64,000 nt of DNA from Auanema rhodensis (Eukaryota > Animalia > Nematoda). A program made the translations under genes and the position numbers. The notes under the pieces are model-generated. The model searched no databases. It was not told where the DNA came from and saw only the letters and a program-made list of their open reading frames with translations. Where the stretch lies: contig OZ059894.1 of the NCBI GenBank assembly GCA_964057225.1, positions 6,944,001 through 7,008,000 of the forward strand. The letters are read 5' to 3'. Below are positions 1 to 13,149 of this stretch, in pieces (position 1 is the first letter of the stretch; each line of letters starts with the position of its first letter).

Positions 1-498
1 TGCCGATTTGATTGTTATGTAAGTTCAAGAAATTTAATTATTAATGACAACTTGCTAATTCACAGGACTCTCCCCGTACCACGTAAAGGTCTTGTAAGTG
101 CAGCTTTGTACATGTCGTGGCTTGATATTATGACTCGTGGCTTACCTCCCACATTGTTCGTACGCGGTAATCAGACTTCCGTTCTCACTTTCTATTCTTA
201 AAATATTTGATTGTTTTGTGTTATACATATACATTTTCTCTATTTTCTCAACAAATGCTCATTCCATTCATTATTGACCGTAGATCATAATATTACCACA
301 TCCGTTGGCTTATTTATTTTGATAGAAAAAAAGTGAAATTATTAATAGATAACTAAGATTGAGCATGTTCACATGAAATGTTGTAATTTAACCGTGATCT
401 TGTTAATTCGTGCCTTCTAGATATTTTTGTTGTTAATTTTTTAAAGAGATATAGTAATCATAATAAATTTATTGAATGATTTATTGTTCTTAAAAAAT

Positions 499-1216
499 TT
501 ACAGAAGATCTCTTTCTTCCTTGGGGAAGATGGTTTCAAGGTTCAATACTCCAATATCGAAGATTTTCTTAGGGACTCCTCCGGCGCTGATGTATTTGTC
601 GGGAATTCTGAACTTAACTTTACGTTGTCCGGGCTGAAATAATATAAAATTAAAAGGAATGAGTTGAATGCTGATACCTTGATTCCATCATCGCAATCGT
701 GGTATACCTTGAAGACGGGATCGATGTTGGTCAGTTCTCTCTCAGATCCTTGAAGTTGGAAGCTTCCATCAGTAGCCGTGTATCCTTCGTCAAGTACATC
801 ATCTGGATCAGGTCCTGAACAAAGAAATAGTTGATTTTTCCCCAGTGTATTTCTGACCATCATCTTCATCCCACAGCTTAACCTTCACACCACTAGCTGG
901 TTGGGGTCCGCACATAAGACGTCCCTTGACACCAACCGCCTGAAAATTCGACTATTTTGAAACAATACAACACCTTTGGGAATATGTCTAGTATGCAACC
1001 GTTTGAGCACGGAAAGCAAATTAAAATGAAATGAACATAACTTTCAAGTTCAATTAGCATTCAACGAGTGAATTAAAATATTAAATTATATATTTATAAG
1101 AATAATCGTATATAAAAACCAATTTTATTTAATTTTAGATTATATAGATCAAATTCTACCTGTTGTCTCATGGCAACAGTGAAGCCGAACAAGGCAATCA
1201 GAATAAGATACCGCAT
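499..1216 (-). CDS. Transthyretin-like (TTR-52/DUF290 family) secreted protein, 4 coding exons
   Basis: Spliced product [107 protein letters not shown]...FDIGVLNLETIFPKEERDLL*. It has a signal peptide and the canonical nematode TTR motifs (GRLxCG, DPDD, YHDC, G.INL). Confidence 0.95.
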
Positions 1217-1687
1217 CTGAAATGATAAAAAAATGAAATATCTCAAGAATATAAGACATGAATGAAACAAAATCTCAAATGAAATGAGCTATTTATCCAA
1301 AGGATTATGCAAGAAAGTAAATGTAAGCAGATCTAGCAACCTATCAGACTGAATAGCAAGATGAATTTACACTTGTTTTATTCTCTACAGAAAACACAGC
1401 TGTTAGTAGGGATGGTCCATATGTTGTGTCATCACTTCAAGATGGGGTTTTTCTATTTTTACAATTTGATCAACAATGAAACAAAGAACAGCTGTATTTT
1501 TACATAAACGATTGAATGTTGAATCTTGTCAGATTCCTTTTCCTTTATGTTTCTTTTCTTTAGTTTTTCTTTAAAATGCTATGATCAGAGATGAATATAT
1601 ATACAAAAAATTGGGACTTTTCTTGAATAACATCACAGTAAAATGGAATTTATTAAGTTGATCATGCATACTACGATGCGACGAAGG

Positions 1688-1713
1688 TTGGACACGTACC
1701 GAATTGGACACGT
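1688..1713. repeat. Short direct repeat TTGGACACGTAC x2, possible DNA-transposon subterminal remnant
   Basis: ggTTGGACACGTACcgaaTTGGACACGTACag is visible directly; no matching opposite end was found. Confidence 0.4.
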
Positions 1714-2205
1714 ACAGAAGTCATTATTTTGATTTATATAGCTATATATAAATATGTTTCTTTATGTATTTATATAATGCATTCTCATTCTGGCGTTGGT
1801 ATTGTTTTGAACGAGAGCTTGAACAAAATTTAAAAGTATTAAATGTATCAGAGAGAGCACTCCCACTCGCAGAGATGAGACTCTGTATTTTCAGGTAAAA
1901 AACGCATGCGCTCTAATGTTAACTCCAAACGATACCAGCCCCCTCATTCTTCTTATTTGTAACTTTGCTTTATTTTTTGAAATAACTTTTAGAAGCAAAG
2001 TATAAACTTTATACTTTTATTCATTTGTAAGCTTGTTCTATATATATAATTTGTTTTATTCTAGAAATATAAATACAATATCAAATTAAAAGAAATATAA
2101 AATACAACGAAATATTAAATAATTAAAATTTGAAAAAAGTTTGTTGTATCTGATCAAAACAATAGAAAAAAAGAAAAACTTGATAAAACGTTAAAAATCG
2201 TTGAA

Positions 2206-3483
2206 TCATGTAGAGACAGTTGTTACAAGTTGTGATGAGAATTGTGATTTTGTTGTATAGTAAAAACTTTTTATGTATTCACGATATTCTTTCAGAGAAA
2301 TCATGTAAATGATTGGATTAAAGTTTGGAAATATTGCCATTCCTAATGCCATACCAAATGCTATTTGAGGTCCCATATCATAATCAGAATATAGCATGAT
2401 GAAAATAACGAATATTGGAAGATATACGAACAGCAATATGAAACATCCCTGCAATCAATTTTTAGAATTCCCTCAGATGATAAGATAAGGAATTTAATTT
2501 GCACCGCAGACAAATGTCTGACATCTATCTAATCAATTATTGTTTTCTTTTGAGTAATTTAATTTTTTTCGAAAATGTACCTGAAGTAACAGCAATTTGA
2601 ACATTTTTGCATAAATAATTTTTCTTTTTGTTACCAAATTCGTTTTCAATGTCTTCATAATAAAAAACGAAAATAATCCAATACATAGAACCACCATTAC
2701 CATCACTATTACAGAATATATATGATATACATACTTTGTACTTAAAGCAGCCTACATAATGACGTCTTTTTGTGAAAACATTGTCGTATTTGTTATTTCT
2801 TACTGATAAGCTCAAGCCAAAGTGAGCTGTTTCTGACAAGTTTGGAACATCATAATTCGTTAAAGCTGGAAACGAATGTATTCTCGTAAGGTATTCATTT
2901 GGAGTAAGCATTAAACAATAAATAACTGCAGTAGCCGCAGCAGATAAGATGCATAAAATCGTGAATATTCTATATAAGTTCCGAATAGACAAGCCACAGA
3001 TTGAAGGTCTAAATTGAAAGAATTTATTTTAATTTATATATTACAAAAGTCTCAATATGAATACCTGCAAATATATATAAATCGGCTATAAAAGGATGCA
3101 ACGACTAAAAAATTCATGCTAATATATGAAAGATCAAGCATTACTAAAGAAAGTTTTCCATAAATGCCTTTTCCTGCATTTGTTGTTAAAATACATACAA
3201 AACTATGTCCGAACGTCTGACATAACTGAAAGAAATAGAAAGTTAAACCTTAAATCCTTTGAATGTCATATATGGGTGTATGTGGCTAACTTACAGGTAA
3301 TGTTATCGTATATACAAAAGAGAATAAGATATCAAAAAAGATAATTGAACCAACTATATATTGAAAAGATGAAAACATCTTAGTCGGCTTTTTAATGAAT
3401 ATGAACAGAAAAACGAAATTTATAATGAGTGATGTTACACCAGAAGTAATAACTACTATTCGAGAAATTTGTTCAATACTCAT
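2206..3483 (-). CDS. Serpentine 7TM chemoreceptor, Str superfamily (str/srj/srd-like)
   Basis: Multi-exon hydrophobic ORF: MSIEQISRIVVITSGVTSLIINFVFLF..., TM3 end FYSRFIYICR, TM6 QGCFILLFVYLP, TM7 FPNFNPIIYMISLKEYREYI. Exons 1-3 join in frame at GT-AG sites. Confidence 0.85.
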
Positions 3484-3973
3484 CTGAAATAACGGACAAT
3501 TTTAATGCTGCTTTCAAAGATTATGCAATGTTCAAACTGAAGAAAAAGGTTTGTATGGGTTGTCTGTTCAGGTAAAAATCAAAAGAGACGATGGACTGAG
3601 AGAAGTAATTGATACAAGTGGATAAAATCCCACTTATCGCCTGAATCCATTTTAAATTTTATAAATGAACGTGAAAAGGAGCAAAAGTTTTACATTCAAT
3701 GAATTGAGTTATTCAACTAAATCGAAGGATAGAAAATAATACTATATCAATTTACATAATTATAATTAAATTTTATTTTTTAAAGAATTATTGAAAAAAA
3801 ATCATATATCAGATCATTTCAATAACAAATGTCTGGAAGTCCATTATAACATGTTTTTGTTTTTGCAAATTTATATTTTTTTCTTTAAAACTGAGGATTG
3901 AAACCTTGTGTGTTATTGGGAAACTTCAGTTGTTTATATCGAACAGCTTTAATTCAATTGTTCCCCAATCGTG

Positions 3974-4481
3974 ATGACTTCATATACTGTTTTTGCTTTT
4001 TTCTTATTTGCATGCGTCGGCAACTGCCTAAGATTTCAATCTTATGCTGTAAGAGGAAGGCTCATCTGTGGTACTAACCCTGCGGCCAGTGTTCGTGTAA
4101 AGCTCTGGGAAAAAGATAATGGTATATTCCTAATATGTTACTGTTCAGTTTTGTTTTTATAGGGCCAGACCCTGATGATGTGCTTGATTCAGGATATTCC
4201 GATAGTAATGGAGAATTCAGGTTATCAGGTTCAACAGCAGAAATCACTGCGATAAGTCCAGAACTAAAAATATATCACGATTGCGACGATGGAAATAAGG
4301 TTATGCTTTTATTTCGTCATATCTCAAACTATCGGTTTAGTTGGGAAAGCGAAAAGTTCGTTTATTGCTGCCAAGATCATATATTGCTGATGGAAAAGTA
4401 GCTAAGAAAATGTATGATGTTGGTATTATCAATCTGGAAACATCTTATCCTTCGGAGGAAAGAGAAATAGTGGTAACATGA
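3974..4481 (+). CDS. Transthyretin-like (TTR-52 family) secreted protein, 3 exons
   Basis: [33 protein letters not shown]...[31 protein letters not shown]...[17 protein letters not shown]...[22 protein letters not shown]. Confidence 0.93.
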
Positions 4482-4731
4482 TTAATACAATGGTATCAAT
4501 GAAGATGATAAATTGACTTTCTTTCTAAAACGAGCGCCAATACAAATAAAAATTAGTAATTTTTGATTATTTCTTATTATTGATTTAAAAGTAATAGAAA
4601 AACGACTTTACACTATATACGAGATAACATCAGTTGAACAAAACGCGAAAGAAATGAAAAACTGGTGAAATTTGGAAATTGAACTTACCGTTTTCCCTTT
4701 TTATTCGTATTTAATATTAGATAGCATTCAT

Positions 4732-5332
4732 ATGTATACTTCAGGTTAATAATTTTTATAAAGATATTTAAATATGAAATAAATTTTCAGCTTATTTCCA
4801 AATAGCTTTAATTGGTTGCTTGTATTCTTCTAATTGGTACATACAAGCTTTAAGAGATCAATCAATAGCATTGAAAGGCAGCTTACAGTGTGGAAAACAA
4901 CCATTAGTTAATGCTTCTGTTTCTTTATTTGATAAAACGAAAGGTATGTTAGTTAGAGGTTGACATAATTTCGTAATATGATATTTAGTTGGCTTGAAAA
5001 ATCATATTTTGGCTTCTAATGTTAGCAACAATGAAGGAAGATTTTATCTAAATGGTAGTACAGCGAAGCTTCTCCCCTTATCACCTCTATTAGTTATATC
5101 TAATGGTTGTAAAGGAAGTGTCAGCTTACCTAGATTATTACTAATTTCATGAGAAATATTTATAGGAAGTGCAAATCAAATTGACGAATGCTAAAGGATT
5201 CATAACACGTAGTAAGGTAAAATCAGTTATTGAAATTCTAAAGAAAAACTGTTGACCATGTTAAAGAGTGCAAACGAAATATACAATGTGGGCGTTATAA
5301 ACCTGGCAGCTTGGAAGAACAACACAGCATGA
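4732..5332 (+). CDS. Divergent transthyretin-like protein, 5 exons (missed by the ORF track)
   Basis: MYTSAYFQIALIGCLYSSNWYIQALRDQSIALKGSLQCGKQPLVNASVSLFDKTKVGLKNHILASNVSNNEGRFYLNGST...SNGCKGSEVQIKL...IYNVGVINLAAWKNNTA*. It keeps the QS.A.KG.L.CG, G.F.L.GS and Y.VG.INL motifs, and all introns are GT-AG and in frame. Confidence 0.82.
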
Positions 5333-6161
5333 TATAGAACTCGAATTAATACATTTAATAGATTTTATCCTTTTATATATAATTATATTGTTATCTAAAA
5401 CATTATTCTTTTATAGCTCTTCTATAATTTGAATGTTCACATGTTCTCGCAAAATATACAGTCATGTGCAAAAACCCTCGGACAACTTTTAGAAACCCTT
5501 ATATCTTTTCAGATAAACTACAAAAAACTAGAAAAAATATATTTTGATTGTTAAAAAACGATAATTAATTTTTTAAAAATTCAAAAAATCTAAAAAAATG
5601 ATTAAAAGTATTTTCTGGAGTCTTCGAAATTTTCATAAACAGCTTGAAGTCTTCTTTCATGAATTTCATGAGTTTCATCAAGACTTCAGAAATAATTTTT
5701 TCTAGAATGTTAGGAATACACTAAACGCCTTTTTTTAACAAGATAATTTGGTTGTACGTCTTAGATATTTTTTCACATGACTGTTGATATAATATCAGTT
5801 GCGTAAAAATTAGACCATATAAACATGAAATCATTCAAACATGAAAAATGACTGAGTCATTGATAGAGGTTCTTTAGTTTTGTTCTCTCCATGATCATAA
5901 GCATTGTAAATCTGAGCGCTATTGAATATGCCGGTACGACAATAAATTATTTTAATATAAATACTTGATAGTGAACCAAAATAGCAATAAGCTATGTTTA
6001 CTTGCTCCAGGCATGCACGACATGTACTTATTGGAAACGATTCTTATCTCAAGCAATTTATTATCTAAGTCTGTCTGACACATTGTGACTGTGTATGAAA
6101 AATCTGCGTCCAATGAAAATAACTGATAAAAATTTCAATGTAGAAGAAGCTCAGTCAAGAC

Positions 6162-6729
6162 ATGTCTGAATTACCGAATAAAACTGAAACTCTGGCAGTC
6201 CCAAATGATCCTTGTGTGAGTTTCAAAATCCATTTTTTTTTTGCTGTTTCCATTGAATTAATTTTCTTTTTTGTTCAGAATCAGAACAATATGCCTCTAC
6301 CTTCAACATCTGCTTTTATTCCAGTAATAAAACCTACCTGTTTCGTTCCTCCAAAGAATGTTGAACCACTTAAACCAAATACTGTTGGATTAATTTAATA
6401 CTTTTAACAAAAATAATATCTATTTATAGCCAAGGCGTGGTGCTCCACGACAATCATTGGAAGGCGTATCAACAGCTAAGGCAAAACAAAGAATTTACGC
6501 CAGATATTACAGACTTAAACAAAAGCAAAAAATAGAAAAACTTACTTCTTTAATACAAACTCTACAAGCTGAAATGCAAATTTATCGAAACAAATTGGAT
6601 GAAAAAGATAAGATAATCGAGCTCTTGAAACCATATTATTTTCTGTACTGTGCACAGCAGCCTACACAGGTAAACGAATTACAACCACCCGTTGCTGAAC
6701 AGGTTGGAAATCCTAATAACTTATATTAA
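6162..6729 (+). CDS. zip-10: Small bZIP transcription factor, probable zip-10 ortholog, 3 exons
   Basis: Basic region PRRGAPRQSLEGVSTAKAKQRIYARYYRLKQK followed by a heptad zipper (IEKLTSLIQTLQAEMQIYRNKL). The symbol rests on position next to skp-1/bir-1/sipa-1, as recalled for C. elegans cosmid T27F2. Confidence 0.7.
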
Positions 6730-7284
6730 ATTACGGTACTTCATCATTGTTAGCCCTCATAGATTTAGATATAGTATATTAGAGAACAGTGTATGTGATC
6801 ATTCCGTATCCCTCCCCCCCCCCGATTCAAAATTGATTTCTTGTTAACTTATTGATTAGAGCTTGAACCCTTCGCATTATTTTTATTTATTTTGTTCCTA
6901 TTTCCAGACGTAAACATGAAAAGATAAATTTAGTTTACTATCAGATAATCATTTAAACTGTTAATACAATATAATAAAAGAACGACTCATTTATTAGATA
7001 CAGTCAACTACCGCTGTCTCGTTTCAATACCATGATTGACGGCCTCAACTGGCATTAGAATATCTTGTAACGATAAATGGGTTATACAAAACCCTTGAAG
7101 CGAAAGAAGAAACAATGTTCTCGGTGAACTACAGTATGTCCACTGGAACTAAGCAACAAGAAATTGAGATGGAACGATTATAAACGCATAGTAATATTAC
7201 AATTTACATTCAATTTTCTACCAATAATCTTGGAGAGTATAACAATAATAGGTTTGTAACCGTATTGATATAGAATCATTCAAT

Positions 7285-9491
7285 TTAGTGACGACTTTTC
7301 TTACTATCTGAACGATCCTCTTTTTCTCCTGTTCGTTTTTTATCTTTAACTTGTTGGAAAAGATCACCGAGTCCGAAGACGTCTTGTTCGCGCTCGAACT
7401 GAAAATAATTTCTGTACACAGTTTTTTAAATATATAATTACTTGTACAGGACCAGATCCTCTAGTTCCGTTCTCAGCTCCAGAGAAGCCTTTGTCAGGCA
7501 CAAATCGTTGAGTATTAATAATCTTATCAAGGTCATCTCCATATACATCCTTGTCAATGTTTTTACCTAAAAAGGTTTAATATTCAGAGTAATAGTTATA
7601 ATTATTCTTACTAGGTCGGTAAATATGTTGCTGAACCGCATCTCCTCTCCAAGCCTTATCGTAAGGATTGTAAGTTTCATCGTCCATGGCTCCACTGTCA
7701 AGACCCTGTAGCACAAGATATTTTACGATATAAAAATTATTCACTGACCTTGCTTTGATCAAACAAGCGAGAATCGAACTGAGTTTCTCCTGCTCTAGCT
7801 TTAGTATCTGGAAGACCCAACACAATCTTTTCAGATATATCACGCTCCTTGTCTCTGAAACAATTATTTTTACAAACCAGAAAAATTATAACCCTTACCT
7901 GCGTAATTTGTCAGCTTTGTCGGGTCGACTACGCGCAATATTTCTCTCTTTTCGGATATCATCCAAACGATCACGTCTAATAGTAAGTAAAATATAAATT
8001 TTTGATTAAATAGTGCTAACCTAATTTCATCTCTCTGTTTAGCAGATTCATCTTCGTCTTCATCTCTTCTGCGGATACCAGCCCTATCTTGACGAGCTTG
8101 AGCAGCCATTTGACGCATTTTTTCTTCCTGTTCGGTTTTCTTCTGCTGAGCGAGTCGTCTTTCAAGTTGTGATCTTGCTTCAACAGATTCACGAGCTTTT
8201 CTATCAGCGATATATAAGGCTTCAGACAATTTTGCAAAATTTTCGTTGATGTGAGTCTAAATAAAAGAATAAATGAAAAAACAAATGAAAGAAAAATTTA
8301 CTTGTTGAAGACCACGTCCGTCAGCGGCTAATCTTTTGTCGAGAGCAACAGTGAAACCTGAAAAAAAAATTTATAACATTAGGTTAATATAGAACAACCT
8401 TTAGGATTTTTCCAGTTAGATATGCAAGGAGGAATTTTCCAATCATTTTGATCCTTTGTGGTAATCTAGAACTTCAATTGTACAACTAATTCGTAAAAAG
8501 CAAATAGACTTTTCTTGGAGGACTGTGCATAACTGGAGGTGGAGGGGATGGTGGAGCACGGGGAATCTTTTGATTAATTCTAAAAAACAAAAATATTCAG
8601 ATTGAAAGGGTTTCAACCAACTTGAACTTTGGTGGTTCCATAGGATCCTTTTGTTCTTCGACCATACGAATGATACGCTGTTGAGCCTCTGAATTTTTTT
8701 CGAAATTATAGCCATATATAAAACAAAGCATTACCTCCAGCTCCTCCTTGTTGGCTAGGAGTATAGCGGATATATTGAGCTGGTCCTACCTTTTCAGCAT
8801 GACGAACAGGAAGACTAGATTCAACCTTAAATATATTACAATATAAAATTTTAAATAATTAGTAGAAAAATTACCTTACTATCGGTTATTTTTCCAAGCG
8901 CAAGTCTAGTTTTTTCTGTTACATCACGAACTATGTCCGCATCTGGTCTTTGTAGATCTTCATCATCTTCATCCCACACTTTTGCTTGCATATCGGCTAA
9001 TCTACTGTGAACAATCTGAAATTCGTTTATGCCTTAAATATAGGAGCATAACTAACCTTATCTTTGCCATGCCCTAGCCTAGCAATAGCGTCAAAACGAA
9101 GCTTTCCATCAGCATCAGTTTGCAGAGCAATTTGACCATCACTTTTTCCTTTTCTCTCACCCAACCCCATACCAAGAGGAAACTGAGCGAAGTGAATTTC
9201 TGGAAATGATCCACCATCTCCGAAATCCTGAAGCAATATTATAATTAAAAAATGAATAGCAATTTTTTTTACATCAGCGGATTTGGGTTTAAATCCAACT
9301 CGATGACCGTAAGGTGGTGGCTCCTTTGTAACAACAGCTAATCCAACAGCGTCTTCTTTTCCTTTGAACCAAGGATCTCTTCGCACTTGAGCATACTCAT
9401 CAGTTACTGCGGTAGGCGCAGGAAGAAGACTTAAAAAAAAATAATACAAAATCTTTGGAACCAAAACTTACTCGGACAGTTTCATAGACAT
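7285..9491 (-). CDS. skp-1: SNW1/SKIP/Prp45 spliceosome and transcription cofactor
   Basis: MSMKLSELLPAP...EPPPYGHR...DFGDGGSFPEIHFAQFPLGMG...QYIRYTPSQQ...DPMEPPKFK...PPSPPPPVMHSP...KIPPCISNWKNPKG...LDKRLAADGRGLQ...NENFAKLSEALYIADRKARE; the SNW motif is present. Confidence 0.97.
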
Positions 9492-9500
9492 TCTGGAGGT

Positions 9501-9612
9501 CTGAGAATATGAAAATTTAAATATAATCAAAATGAATACTATCGAAGAATGCAGATAATAACTGTATAAACAGATCCGGTAGTAAAAAAGTTTCAAAAAT
9601 GTACATTTTATT
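9501..9612 (-). promoter_or_regulatory. Intercistronic region: bir-1 poly(A) signal and skp-1 trans-splice acceptor (SL2-type operon)
   Basis: AATAAA on the minus strand at 9607-9612, a U-rich spacer of ~100 nt, then TTCTCAG at 9501-9507 nine nt before the skp-1 ATG. Confidence 0.75.
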
Positions 9613-9667
9613 CAGGATATGTCGATGAGATCGATCAGGGATAGTACAGCATATATAATAAGTTTAG

Positions 9668-10239
9668 TTAAATCGCAGCTTTTTCATTCATCGTCATAAC
9701 GTCGTCATAGCCGCTGGCAATTGTGTTAGACATTTCGTCGAGTTCAGCACTCTTGAATGAAATATTGAGAATAAATATAAGACATAAAACCATACTAATT
9801 CATCTTTTATTAAGTACTTCATTAGGTTGTAGGCATCATCCACTAGCCAATCACTTTCCTTTTTCTTATTTAAACGTATTAAAGGACAATCAGGCTCTCT
9901 GCTAGCATGTTCAGTCCTGGAAAATCATAAAAATACTTGACTCAACAAATTCTCATACCATGGGTCATCTTCAGGATCAAAAATTAAATCTCTTTTACAA
10001 AATACGCACATAGCACTTGAAAGTTCGTCATCTGTAGCTGTCGAAATAAATCCTGCTTGAGCAAGCTGAATAGTAAATAATATAAAGAACACGTATAAAA
10101 AGAAAATTACCTTCCCAGCAGTACAATTAGCAGCACTGTCAGCCTTATATGGCCAGTTTCCAAAAGTCTTCAAACGAGCTTGTGCAAATAATTTTTCATG
10201 AACATTACCCCATAAAGCATCAATATTTAAAGTATTCAT
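9668..10239 (-). CDS. bir-1: Survivin-like single-BIR protein, 4 exons
   Basis: ARLKTFGNWPY...LAQAGF...CVFCKRDL...DDPWTEHASREPDC gives a BIR domain with Cx2C...H...C zinc ligands; helical C-terminus ends ...NEKAAI*. Confidence 0.93.
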
Positions 10240-10605
10240 GCTCTTCTGAATTTACAACAAAGCTCCTGAAATTATTATAATACAATAAACATATATGGTG
10301 AATTTTACTTATAAAAAAAAGTATTTGAAATAAACGCTATTTAAAATGTTGCGGGGTTATGCAGTGTACGCACTATTGTACTGTAAACAGCATACAAAAA
10401 AATTAAGTTATGGTGTGGGTCTTGACTAATATTTAAATAATATTATAAATTAAAAAATTAAAGATGATGTACTTAAAGTAATTTGTTTCTCATGGTGTCT
10501 GTGTTGATAAATCTCTATATAGATTTCTGTATAGATTTTTAACAGTTTATTTAACTTGGTTTAGATATCAATTGTTTAAAGTAGTCCGTCTTTAGCATAT
10601 ATAAA

Positions 10606-10617
10606 TAAATATATATA

Positions 10618-10648
<31 letters not shown>
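10606..10648. repeat. (TA)n microsatellite
   Basis: Interrupted ATATAT run. Confidence 0.9.
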
Positions 10649-11184
10649 GTTAAAAGAACTTAAAGAATTTGTGATTCAAGCGTATAGTTTTAACGAGTGT
10701 ATGTGTCAAAATGATGCTAATTTTGCTTGATATTCCTAAATTTCATTGATGGGATTTGATTAATCTTTGAAGAAGCAGCTGCTCAATATACATGAATCTT
10801 TTTGAATCAAGAACTTATGCATTCGTTGATTAAAAAAAATTTGAACCTAAGTTGATATATTTTCAAGATTGATTTGGAAATTGTATAATTTAATGGTAAT
10901 GATTTTATACTAATTTTTATTATATTTTGTCCTGTAGACAAGTGTTTGGAACAACCGATTGTGCTCGTTTCTCCTTTTCAAATAAAATTTAGATCACACC
11001 TTTTATATATTGATTTCCGTCAAATTGTAGGAATATATATTATAGCATGCAATGAAGCTACTTATGTGATAATTATTTGGTATCCAATAATGGAATTTTT
11101 TAGTAAGCTAGTTCTTTTCTCGCACGACAGGCTTCAATATTACAGTATGAATTGTGAGCAAATGCTTTTAATGTAGTCAATAAC

Positions 11185-11617
11185 TGTCAGGACTGCACCG
11201 GACAACTCGGGAACTCATGGCCCCTGAGCTCTGTGGGTGGCTGTGGAAGGCTTCATCTGCCGCTGCCGTTGCTGCCGCGGCTGCTGCTCCGCCGCCCTGT
11301 CTGCCTCCCTGCTTGCCATTGCTGTATGCGTCTCCGTGGCCCGTGCTCCTCCTCCTACTCTTCAGTTCCCCGGGTATTATCTGCTCTACGTCCCTGTTCT
11401 AGTCTTCTCTGGGTTCTGCTTCTGGCATCAGTATTTTTGGCAGCTTGTCATCGGAGCACTGAGCGACTATGGTCCAGTTTGATTCATGAGGGACTGAAGC
11501 GCGTGCCGCACAGCCGCGACGCTCAGCTTTCGCGAGCGGACGCCTGAGGCAATCAACCTCGCAATGGCAAGTTCCGGTGAATGCTTCTTGGTCTTGCACG
11601 TGCTTAGTCCTGCCACA
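11185..11617. mobile_element. Putative solo LTR (433 bp) of an LTR retrotransposon
   Basis: GC-rich island in AT-rich DNA. It starts TGTCAGGACT and ends AGTCCTGCCACA (TG...CA with short terminal inverted repeats). No target-site duplication and no credible ORF. Confidence 0.55.
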
Positions 11618-13090
11618 TCAGTATGGAAGCGAATATTTTGTGTTCCTTTTTCAGAGTCTGTGCACCTTGTTTCGTATTTGTGTTTCTATTCCGGTTATAC
11701 ATATCTTAAGTTTCTCTAGGAAACTATCTTCCCCTTCTCAACCGTAATATTTTTCTCATGATGTGCTAAATAGCTAAGATATCTCTGCCTGGTACGTAAT
11801 CCGGAAATGTTTAAAGGTACTACGCTTCCGCTTAATATGATCGTATGGTTTGATATCTTTGTAAATTTGTGAACATCTTGAATGGTTCATTCCGTTTTTT
11901 AAAGTTCATATGTTGAGCCTTTTCATCAAAATTGAGTTGAGTCCTCTTCTCTTAATGTATTTTCTGTGATAAGTCAGCTGACATCTTCAAAAGTAGTGAA
12001 CTTCATTCGGCACCTTCTTCGACCATAGGACAATGGGTGAGCTGGAGTTGCTGTCGTTTATTCAATATTCCTTTTCAATTTCCTTTGATTTGCTTTAATT
12101 TAAAAAAATCTTCTTTTTTTTCTCGAACTTTTGTCATTACTTTTCTTCCAATCTTTTTTTGTTATATTCTGCTTCATCCTTTATTTCTAAGGCCTTAGTG
12201 TCCTACACTCTTTTTCATCGTTATTGCTGTCGTCGTCATCTTCGTTGTCGTCGTCTGCTTTGCCTCATCAGGCACAAGGCTAGCTCGAAGTCTTTTTGCT
12301 TCACAATTTGTTATTTCCTCTTATGCCACCGATTTTCGCTCGTTTCAGTCGATATAATTCGAAATGACTATGCTGATGTTTCGTTAGACCTGGACATTCT
12401 TTTCGCTATTCTTTTTATTCTCGTTAGATTTTACCCCCCCCCCCCCCCCTACGCACTTCTCGTTTTCCTTAAGAGACAAAAATGCAAAATTGCGCACAAT
12501 CAAGTGGTTTTCTTGCTCACAAAGCTGCAGTTTACTAATCGATTCACCAGATGGTTTCTGAATTCACGTTCCCACACGGCCTTATATGGATATGGACATG
12601 AGTGTTTTATGTGTGAGCATATGCATATCGAACATTTGCTTGATCTGATTCATTATCACGCGTTTTCTCACGCGTTTGTTGTTCAAAAATATATTATATT
12701 TCTTTTTTTTTGCTTATGCCATTCCAATAGAAATATTGCTTTTGAGCCTGACTGATGAAACAGCAAGATATTGATGTTCCTGGCTTAGAAGACAAATTCT
12801 ATTGCTAAAATTAGAATGATGAGGCAATAGTCACTCATTTCTGTAGACCGATATATGTATGAAGGCTTGTTGATGACTTAGAGTTTGTTCAATATACATT
12901 AGATTTTAATTGCAGTTTTCGCATAAGCTGATTTCTGGCAAACAAGTGCGTATTCGTGCCATGTTGCTGTGCGACCAGATTCTCACACAAGCCGTCCATA
13001 TCCACAAGTTCCGTATTGAGAAGTGGTTCCAAGTTGTAACGGGTGGATTTGAAGACAAAAAATTGGTATTTTTGACGTACTTGAGAATAG

Positions 13091-13105
13091 ATATGTATAT
13101 GTATG

Positions 13106-13149
<44 letters not shown>

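Noticed and set aside
994-1018. Small hairpin CCGT-ttgagc-ACGG in the ttr intron
   Set aside because: Four-bp stem, within chance expectation.
11217-11599. Several ORFs in the GC-rich island
   Set aside because: Open in multiple frames because of high GC; better explained as an LTR-like sequence.
12159-12755. 198-aa ORF
   Set aside because: Non-ATG start, low-complexity Phe/Leu composition from T-rich DNA, no motifs or exon structure.
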